Assembly (NCBI GenBank): GCA_963547335.1
Contig: CAUUQR010000002.1
Location: 1,182-65,181 of the forward strand
DNA length: 64,000 nt
From: an uncultured Propionibacteriaceae bacterium
GTDB lineage: Bacteria; Actinomycetota; Actinomycetes; Propionibacteriales; Propionibacteriaceae
Direction of reading: 5' to 3'
Both the position numbers and the translations under genes were made by a program. How positions within the stretch are numbered: position 1 is the first letter of the stretch; each line of letters opens with the position of its first letter. Shown here piece by piece: positions 57,036 through 64,000 of the stretch. The notes beneath the pieces are model-generated. The model was given only the letters and a program-made list of their open reading frames with translations. It was not told where the DNA came from and searched no databases.

Positions 57036-58589
57036 ATGGCAACGGCATCCCGAAAGCCCCGTCCAGGTTTGACCCTGATCGTCTTCTTGGCGGCTATTGC
57101 CGCCTTGTTCGGCATCATGGCCTCCACAAACAGCTGGAGCCCGAAGCTGGGCTTGGATCTGCAGGGCGGCATGACGATCACCCTGACCGCGACGAACGCC
57201 ACGGTGGACAGGCAGTCCCTGGAATTGGCAAAGGACATCATCCAAAAGCGCGTCGACGGCCTGGGCATCGGGGAGGCCTCCGTCACCACCTCCGGTGACC
57301 GGCACATCGTCGTCTCCGCACCTAATGTGCAGCGCAGCGACTTGGTGGATCTCATCGGCAGTACAGCTCAGCTGACCTTCCGGCCCGTGCTCCAGGCGCA
57401 GCAGGTCACGTCTCAGTCCGACCCGACCCTTCCGGGGCTTCCGACCCCAACCCCAGATCCTGGTGATGTGGGCTCCCAGCTCCCGGTCTCTGAGGTGCTG
57501 GCCTACACCCCGACGAGCCAGGACACCGCGATGCTCAGCGGCTACAAGTGCGGTGACAAAGTGGCTGCCAAGCTTGATCAGGCCACCGTGGCCTGTGACG
57601 CCTCCCGCACCCAGAAGTATCTCCTCGGGCCTGTGGGAATCATCGGCCAACGTGTGGTCAAGGCGAGTTCCGGTGTGCCTCAGGGTGAGGTAACGCCGGT
57701 CGTGACGCTGGAGTTTGACTCCGACGGGGCTAGCGTCTTCAGTGAGATGACCACGGCCATGGCCTCGAAGCAGGCCCCCGGCAACCAGTTCGCCGTGGTG
57801 CTGGACGGCGTTGTGCAGTCAGCTCCCCGCGTCGAGAGGGGCATCACGAACGGGCAGGCTCAGATCTCGGGAAACTTCACCCCCGAGAGCGCCGCAGAGC
57901 TGGCGAACGTGCTCAACTTCGGCGCGCTTCCGCTGACCTTTGAGCCCTCGCAGGTCGAGACGGTCTCGGCGACGTTGGGCGGTGAGCAGCTGAAGGTCGG
58001 TCTGATCGCGGGCATCGTCGGCCTGGGGCTGGTGATCCTCTACTGTCTGGCGTACTACCGGGGCCTTGGTCTGGTTGTCATCGGCTCCCTCGGGGTGGCT
58101 GCGCTCTTCACCTACGCCTCGATGGTCATCCTGGGCGAGGCGATGGGTTTCACTCTCAACCTGCCCGCCATCGCGGGGGCTATTGTCGCCATCGGTGTGA
58201 CGGCGGACTCTTTCATCATCTACTTCGAACGCATCCGAGACGAGATCCGCGACGGGCGGAGCCTGAGATCTGCTTTGACGACAGGGTGGCAGAAAGCACG
58301 CTCCACCATCATCGTGGCTGACCTGGTGTCCATCATCTCAGCGGTTGTGCTGTTCATTCTGGCTGTGGGCGGCGTCAAGGGCTTCGCGTTCGCGCTTGGC
58401 CTGACAACCCTCATTGACCTCGCAGTCTGCTTCTTCTTCACCAAGCCGCTGGTCCTGCTGCTGGGCCGCACGAAGTTCTTCGGGCAAGGGCATAAGCTGT
58501 CCGGTCTCGACGCCAGCCACATGGGCGTCACCCGAGACTCCCTGCTCGGACGCCGCAGCCGTCGCACCCGCATCGCCAAGGAGGCCTGA
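57036..58589 (+). CDS. secD: Protein translocase subunit SecD
   Basis: It has LGLDLQGG near the N-terminus, a periplasmic domain and a C-terminal 6-TM SecD/F core. Confidence 0.95.
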   Translation: MATASRKPRPGLTLIVFLAAIAALFGIMASTNSWSPKLGLDLQGGMTITLTATNATVDRQSLELAKDIIQKRVDGLGIGEASVTTSGDRHIVVSAPNVQRSDLVDLIGSTAQLTFRPVLQAQQVTSQSDPTLPGLPTPTPDPGDVGSQLPVSEVLAYTPTSQDTAMLSGYKCGDKVAAKLDQATVACDASRTQKYLLGPVGIIGQRVVKASSGVPQGEVTPVVTLEFDSDGASVFSEMTTAMASKQAPGNQFAVVLDGVVQSAPRVERGITNGQAQISGNFTPESAAELANVLNFGALPLTFEPSQVETVSATLGGEQLKVGLIAGIVGLGLVILYCLAYYRGLGLVVIGSLGVAALFTYASMVILGEAMGFTLNLPAIAGAIVAIGVTADSFIIYFERIRDEIRDGRSLRSALTTGWQKARSTIIVADLVSIISAVVLFILAVGGVKGFAFALGLTTLIDLAVCFFFTKPLVLLLGRTKFFGQGHKLSGLDASHMGVTRDSLLGRRSRRTRIAKEA

Positions 58590-59680
58590 TGTCAACCAAG
58601 CACGGGCTCGCCCACCGTTTCTACACAGGCCAGCTGTCCTACGATTTCGTGGGCAAACGCAAATTCTGGTACATCTTCTCCGGCATTGTGCTGGCGATCT
58701 GCGTCATCGGGCTGATCATCAGGGGAGTCAACCTGGGTGTCGAGTTCCGCGGCGGAACCGACTTCCAGGTCCCGCTGACCGTCACATCCTCCACAGTTGA
58801 TGAGGTGCGCGGCAAGGTCGCAGCCTTCGATGTTCCGGACCTGGATGCCCAGGTCTTCTCCCTGGGGGAGAACGACGTCCGCATTCGGACCAGAGCACTC
58901 AACCCTGATGAGACAGCGTCCGTGCGAACCGCTGTGGCTGAGATGGCAGGTGTCGCCCCGAAGGACGTCACCTACACTGCCATCGGTGCCTCTTGGGGAG
59001 AGCAGATCTCCCGACAGGCTCTCATAGCCCTCGTGGTGTTCATCGCATTGGTGATGGTTCTCATCGGATTCTGGTTCAGGAACTGGAAGATGTCCCTGGC
59101 TGCGGTGATCGCCCTGGCACACGATCTGGTGGTCACCGTCGGCATCTATGCGTTGGCGGGCTTTACCGTCACGCCGGCCACAGTGATTGGCATCCTCACG
59201 ATTCTCGGGTATTCCCTCTATGACACGGTCGTGGTCTTCGACCGGGTCACAGAGAACACCAGAAAGCTGGACGACTCCAGGATGACCTATAGCAAGGCTG
59301 CCAATCTTGCGGTGAACCAGGTCCTGATTCGCTCCCTGAACACAACCGTCATCGGCATCCTCCCCGTGACTGCGCTGCTGATAGGCGGAGCCATGTTGCA
59401 CAGCGGTCCCCTGGCCGATCTGGGACTTGCCCTGTTCATCGGCATGATCGCCGGCGTGTACTCGTCGATTTTCATCGCCACCCCACTGCTGGCGCAGATG
59501 AAGGAACGCGAACCAGAGCAGATCGCCCACCGGGCGAACCTGGAGCGCAGGGCTGAGCGGGAACGAGCCCGGAGCGAGAAGAAGGCGGAGACGCCGGAGG
59601 ATGAATCAGTTGTCGCAGCTCCCCGGCAGGAGCGCAGATCCAAGCTGAGCAGGGAGCAGCGGAAACGGAAGCGCTCATGA
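58589..59680 (+). CDS. secF: Protein translocase subunit SecF
   Basis: The start overlaps the secD stop by 1 nt (TGATG). It has LGVEFRGGT and a SecD/F TM core. Confidence 0.95.
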   Translation: MSTKHGLAHRFYTGQLSYDFVGKRKFWYIFSGIVLAICVIGLIIRGVNLGVEFRGGTDFQVPLTVTSSTVDEVRGKVAAFDVPDLDAQVFSLGENDVRIRTRALNPDETASVRTAVAEMAGVAPKDVTYTAIGASWGEQISRQALIALVVFIALVMVLIGFWFRNWKMSLAAVIALAHDLVVTVGIYALAGFTVTPATVIGILTILGYSLYDTVVVFDRVTENTRKLDDSRMTYSKAANLAVNQVLIRSLNTTVIGILPVTALLIGGAMLHSGPLADLGLALFIGMIAGVYSSIFIATPLLAQMKEREPEQIAHRANLERRAERERARSEKKAETPEDESVVAAPRQERRSKLSREQRKRKRS

Positions 59681-60198
59681 GCCTGGTCACCACCCTGATT
59701 GCGGATGTGCCAGACTGGCCGAAGCCCGGTGTGATGTTCAAGGACATCACGCCCCTTCTGGCCTCACCGGAGGGCTTTCGTCAGGCCGTCGACGACATCG
59801 TCGCTTCAGCACCCCATGACATTGATGTGGTGGTGGGGATGGAGGCCAGGGGATTCATTTTCGCGGCTCCCGTCGCTCTGGCTCTGAATGCTGGCTTCGT
59901 GCCTGTCCGGAAGCCTGGGAAGCTGCCGCGTGAGGTGCTCACGGAGTCCTTCGACCTTGAGTACGGCACCGAGACCCTCACGATGCACGCCGACGCGCTC
60001 GTCGCAGGGGCGCGCGTGCTCGTGGTTGATGATGTCCTGGCGACAGGCGGCACAGTGACGGCCACAGCCGCCCTGCTGAAACGGCTGGGGGCGGATCTCG
60101 TCCATGTGAGCGTGCTCCTGGAGCTTTCAGCCCTTGGCGGTCGGGGTCGGCTGGAGTCGGAGGGAATCGACAGCTGTTCTGCTGTCCTGACGGTCTAG
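59677..60198 (+). CDS. apt: Adenine phosphoribosyltransferase
   Basis: The start forms an ATGA overlap. It has FKDITPLL and the PRPP motif VLVVDDVLATGGT. Confidence 0.95.
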   Translation: MSLVTTLIADVPDWPKPGVMFKDITPLLASPEGFRQAVDDIVASAPHDIDVVVGMEARGFIFAAPVALALNAGFVPVRKPGKLPREVLTESFDLEYGTETLTMHADALVAGARVLVVDDVLATGGTVTATAALLKRLGADLVHVSVLLELSALGGRGRLESEGIDSCSAVLTV

Positions 60199-60211
60199 GG
60201 ACGCTGAGGCT

Positions 60212-61279
60212 GTGGGCAAGCTGAGGAAACCTGCGGCAAGGGGGTATGCCACCTCCTTGGTGAGCATGCCCAGGCTCCAGGTGAGGCCGCTGCGGGAGCT
60301 TGGCAAACGCGCCGTACTGGCGTTGGTCCTGCTGTTGTTCAGCACTGTGATCGTGTGGCTGGATCGTGACTCCTACGTCGACAATGTGCAGCACGATGGA
60401 GTGAGCTTCATCGACGCGCTCTACTACTCGACGGTCACCATGACCACCACCGGCTACGGTGACATCACGCCGCTCGCAGCGCATGCCCGGCTCATCAACG
60501 CCGTCCTCATCACCCCGATGCGCGTCGGCTTCCTGGTGCTCCTGGTCGGCACCACCATCGCCGTGCTCGCCAATGAGGGAAGCCGGAGTATCCGAGACCT
60601 GCAGTGGAGGATGAGAATGCGCAATCATGTTGTTGTCATCGGCTATGGCACCAAGGGACGCAGCGCAATCAACACGCTGCGTCGTCATGGGGAGGTCGAC
60701 GACAGAATCGTCGTCATCGACAGCAGTGAGGTGGCGGTCAGTGAGGCCAATCTTGATGGTCTTGCTGCCTTCCTTGGGGATGGCACCCACCGGGATCTGC
60801 TGCGGCGCGCCGAGGTGTCGAAGGCGCGCAAGGTCATCATCTGCCTGTCTCGGGATGATGCCGCAATCCTGACCACCCTGACGGTGCGGCAGCTGAATCC
60901 GGGGGCGGGAATCGTAGTCAGTGTCCGGGAGCAGGACAATGTTCCCCTGGTGCGCCAGTCGGGGGCGACTTCGGTGGTGACGTCATCCGACACCGTCGGC
61001 CGACTGCTGGGCCTGTCGGCTGTTGGGCCAGAGCTTGGGGCGATCATCCAGGATCTGCTGACCGCAGGCACGGGGCTGGAGGTCTCCCAGCGGCAGGCGA
61101 CAGCCCACGAGGTTGGGCAGTCCCCGAACAGCCTGACCGGGGAGCGGGTGATCGGCATCCTGCGCAACGGCACCCTGCGACGCTTCTACGACTCGACTGC
61201 GGGCCGGATAGAGACCGGGGATCAGCTCATCGTGGTGAGAAGAGCACAGCGCCCTGAATTATCGGGGGAACATGACTGA
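60212..61279 (+). CDS. Potassium channel with TrkA-N (RCK) NAD-binding domain
   Basis: The selectivity filter is TMTTTGYGD. The Rossmann motif is HVVVIGYGTKGRS. Confidence 0.85.
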   Translation: MGKLRKPAARGYATSLVSMPRLQVRPLRELGKRAVLALVLLLFSTVIVWLDRDSYVDNVQHDGVSFIDALYYSTVTMTTTGYGDITPLAAHARLINAVLITPMRVGFLVLLVGTTIAVLANEGSRSIRDLQWRMRMRNHVVVIGYGTKGRSAINTLRRHGEVDDRIVVIDSSEVAVSEANLDGLAAFLGDGTHRDLLRRAEVSKARKVIICLSRDDAAILTTLTVRQLNPGAGIVVSVREQDNVPLVRQSGATSVVTSSDTVGRLLGLSAVGPELGAIIQDLLTAGTGLEVSQRQATAHEVGQSPNSLTGERVIGILRNGTLRRFYDSTAGRIETGDQLIVVRRAQRPELSGEHD

Positions 61280-61318
61280 TCAGCTCGTAGAGGCGTTGCC
61301 TGCCACTAGAATTCACTC

Positions 61319-63604
61319 ATGGCTGAGCAGGTGACAGAGCACGCGGCGTTGCGACGCCTGACCAGCGGCCCCGAGCAGCCTCGCCTGCGGATGCGTCACC
61401 GCCTGGCCAGACTGGGGGCGGTGCAACCGCGTTCGGCCATCCTTGATCCCCTGTTACGCATCGTTCGCTCCAGTCACCCTAAGGCCGATCTGAAGCTGAT
61501 AGAGCGGGCCTACCGCCGCGCTGAGGCACTGCACCGAGGTCAGAAGCGCAAATCCGGTGACCCGTACATCACGCACCCGCTGGCTGTCGCCACGATTCTC
61601 GCTGAGCTCGGCATGACAGAGCCCGTGATCGTTGCCGCGCTGCTGCATGACACTGTCGAGGACACTGACTACACACTGGAGGAGCTGAAGGAGGAGTTCT
61701 CTGAAGAGGTGGCGCGGATGGTTGACGGCGTCACAAAACTCGACAAGGTCACCTACGGGGAGACCGCCAAGGCAGAGACCATCCGCAAGATGATCATGGC
61801 CACCTCGGAAGAGGTTCGGGTGTTGATCATCAAACTCGCAGACCGGCTTCACAACATGAGGACCATAGGTTTCCTGCGCCCAGACAAGCAGGTCCGGATT
61901 GCCACGGAGACGCTCAACATCTTCGCGCCGCTGGCTCACCGCCTGGGCATGAACACCATCAAGTGGGAGCTGGAAGACCTGTCGTTCCAGGCCATCGAGC
62001 CCAAGGTGTACTCCGAGATCGCCGATCTGGTGGCTCAGCAGGCACCTCAGCGGGACCGCTACCTGCGGGAGTTGATAGCCCAGTTCCAGGACCTCATGTC
62101 CGAATACAAGATCAAGGCGACCGTTTACGGCCGACCGAAGCACTACTACTCCATCTACCAGAAGATGATGGTCCGCGGCCGTGACTTCTCCGACATCTAC
62201 GACCTGATCGGGCTACGGGTACTGGTGGAGGACACGATGACCTGCTATGGGGTTCTTGGCGTCGCCCATGCCAGATGGAAGCCGATCCCAGGGCGTTTCA
62301 AGGACTACATAGCCAATCCGAAGTTCAACATGTACCAGTCGCTGCACACGACGGTGCTCGGCGACCGCGGCGAGCCTGTCGAGCTCCAGATCCGAACTCA
62401 TGAAATGCACCGCCGCGCCGAATACGGTGTCGCCGCCCACTGGAAGTACAAGGAGAATCTGCGCAATGGCGTCACCCCGGAGGAGGCGGGGCTGCGGGCC
62501 ATGCATCAGCTCAGGGTGATGAGCAAGGAGACCGAGGACCCGACCGAGTTCCTGGACTCTGTGCTGTTCGAGATCAATGCCGACGAGATCTACGTGTTCA
62601 CCCCGAAAGGTGAGGTGATTGCCCTTCCTGTGGGCGCCACCCCCGTCGACTTCGCATTTGCGGTCCACACGGAGGTGGGTTTCCGCTGCATCGGGGCGCG
62701 CGTCAATGGCCGGCTCGTCGCCCTGTCCACGAAACTCGCCCAGGGCGACAAGGTGGAGGTGCTCACCTCCAAATCCCAGAACGCCGGCCCGAGCCGAGAT
62801 TGGCTGGGCTTCGTCGCCTCCAGCCGGGCGCGGCAGAAGATCAAACAGTACTTCTCTCGCGAACGTCGTGATGAGGCGATGGAGAATGGCAAGGAGATGC
62901 TCGCCAGGCAGCTGAGGCGCGCGGGAATGCCCATGCAGAGGCTGCTCACCCTGGAGAACCTCACAGCCGTGGCGAACGAGCTGAGACATGCGGATGTCTC
63001 CAGCCTGTACATCGCGATCGGCGAGAGCCACATCAGCCCCCAGTCGGTGGTGACCCATCTGATTCAACTCGCCGGTGGGGAGGATGAGGCGGTTGACACC
63101 ATCAACGAGGACGAGGTCGTACGCACACCGAGACGTCGACCCTCCACCGCGGCGAATGATGCCCGGGTCCTAGTGGAGGGGGACCCGATGATGGCGGTGA
63201 AGCTGGCACGCTGCTGCCACCCCATCCCGGGCGATGAGATCATCGGCTTCGTCACCCGCACCGAGGGGGTGTCTGTTCATCGCAGCGACTGCACCAATGT
63301 TCCTGCGCTGCAGGAGACCCCGGAGCGCCTCATTGAGGTGTCATGGGATACCCACGACGGGGGGCAGTTCCTGGTCACGGTGCAGGTGGAGGGCATAGAC
63401 CGCTCCCGGCTCCTGGTGGATGTCGGCGCTGTGCTCTCCGAGGCTCACGTGGACCTCTTGGAGGTCTCCATGGTCTCCGACGGCAACAGGAAGTTCGTCG
63501 GCCGCCTCAGTTTCGAGGCTCCAGACCCGACACATCTCAGGCACGTGATCAGCCAGATTCGGCGTGTGCCTGGGGTGTACGACGTCTTCCGGACGAATTC
63601 TTGA
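61319..63604 (+). CDS. relA: Bifunctional (p)ppGpp synthetase/hydrolase
   Basis: The HD hydrolase motif is GQKRKSGDPYITHPLAVA...HDTVEDT. The synthetase region reads YQSLHTTV. TGS and ACT regions are present. Confidence 0.95.
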   Translation: MAEQVTEHAALRRLTSGPEQPRLRMRHRLARLGAVQPRSAILDPLLRIVRSSHPKADLKLIERAYRRAEALHRGQKRKSGDPYITHPLAVATILAELGMTEPVIVAALLHDTVEDTDYTLEELKEEFSEEVARMVDGVTKLDKVTYGETAKAETIRKMIMATSEEVRVLIIKLADRLHNMRTIGFLRPDKQVRIATETLNIFAPLAHRLGMNTIKWELEDLSFQAIEPKVYSEIADLVAQQAPQRDRYLRELIAQFQDLMSEYKIKATVYGRPKHYYSIYQKMMVRGRDFSDIYDLIGLRVLVEDTMTCYGVLGVAHARWKPIPGRFKDYIANPKFNMYQSLHTTVLGDRGEPVELQIRTHEMHRRAEYGVAAHWKYKENLRNGVTPEEAGLRAMHQLRVMSKETEDPTEFLDSVLFEINADEIYVFTPKGEVIALPVGATPVDFAFAVHTEVGFRCIGARVNGRLVALSTKLAQGDKVEVLTSKSQNAGPSRDWLGFVASSRARQKIKQYFSRERRDEAMENGKEMLARQLRRAGMPMQRLLTLENLTAVANELRHADVSSLYIAIGESHISPQSVVTHLIQLAGGEDEAVDTINEDEVVRTPRRRPSTAANDARVLVEGDPMMAVKLARCCHPIPGDEIIGFVTRTEGVSVHRSDCTNVPALQETPERLIEVSWDTHDGGQFLVTVQVEGIDRSRLLVDVGAVLSEAHVDLLEVSMVSDGNRKFVGRLSFEAPDPTHLRHVISQIRRVPGVYDVFRTNS

Positions 63605-63650
63605 ATCTGGGACCCGAAACCGTCCGGACACTCCCCGCCAGCCCCGGTGA

Positions 63651-64000
63651 CTACGCGTTTCGGAAGTCTTGAAGGGTTTCCTGGGCCTGGTTCAGCCAGG
63701 ATGTGTAGGTCTCCAGGGACTTTTTGATGTCCTTGATCTTGCGGGAGTCCCCCTTGGCCTCGGCGTCCTGCAGATCCCGGGTGAGTTTGTCAACCTGAGA
63801 CGTGAAGAGCGCGACGGTGTCCTCAGCCCGTTTGCGGGCCTCGGGATCGGTCCGCCGCCAACGTTCCTCCTCCAGAGCGGCCACGCGCTCCGAGAGCCTT
63901 CTCACACGGGCGTCAAGATCACGCATTGCGCCGCGGGGAACATGACCGACCTCTGAGAATTTCGTGAGGAAATCACGCAGTCGGCTCTTGGCTGTGTCAA
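63651..64000 (-). CDS. DUF349-repeat protein, C-terminal part (5' end outside window)
   Basis: On the minus strand the frame is open from the window edge: ...DTAKSRLRDFLTKFSEVGHVPRGAMRDLDARVRRL.... The helical repeat VGHVPR...L..R is typical of DUF349. The tracked 91-aa ORF is only its tail. Confidence 0.7.
   Translation of the reverse strand, partial: DTAKSRLRDFLTKFSEVGHVPRGAMRDLDARVRRLSERVAALEEERWRRTDPEARKRAEDTVALFTSQVDKLTRDLQDAEAKGDSRKIKDIKKSLETYTSWLNQAQETLQDFRNA

Overview
This window is a 64-kb stretch of a high-G+C actinobacterial chromosome. Gene content and synteny look Propionibacteriales-like, but I cannot verify the taxon from sequence alone. It is almost entirely densely packed core genes, and many neighbours are joined by 4-nt GTGA/ATGA start-stop overlaps.

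Gene content in order:
- sugar ABC permeases
- leuA, preceded by a Leu-codon leader peptide
- an iron-siderophore ABC operon
- a GlgE-pathway / glycogen supercluster (glgB, mak, glgE, glgP, glgX)
- cysteine desulfurase and mnmA
- gatCAB
- hisI-trpECBA
- a LiaFSR-like three-component system
- dnaE
- hisDCBH, then sir2 and pcp, then hisA/priA
- yebC-ruvCAB
- yajC-secDF-apt
- a K+ channel
- rel

I saw no rRNA, tRNA, CRISPR array, IS element or transposase.

Two regions are not explained by ordinary housekeeping annotation:
1. An AT-richer island at about 11.4-14.3 kb splits the glgE-mak / glgB cluster. It carries a secreted six-hairpin-like protein. It also carries a GTGA-coupled three-ORF cassette: a signal-peptide ORF, a four-Cys beta-rich ORF and a 2-TM mini-protein. 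A sharp compositional break lies inside the middle ORF, so the cassette looks like a small secreted toxin/immunity-type module or a frameshifted exported protein.
2. A chain of genes translationally coupled to hisA/priA at 48.0-52.6 kb. It encodes a fatty-acyl reductase::HAD-IB phosphatase fusion, a LarA/DUF2088-like protein and an AGPAT-fold protein that lacks the catalytic His. This is a candidate uncharacterised lipid-modification module.

All functional calls rest on motif recognition by eye in the supplied translations. No database search was possible.
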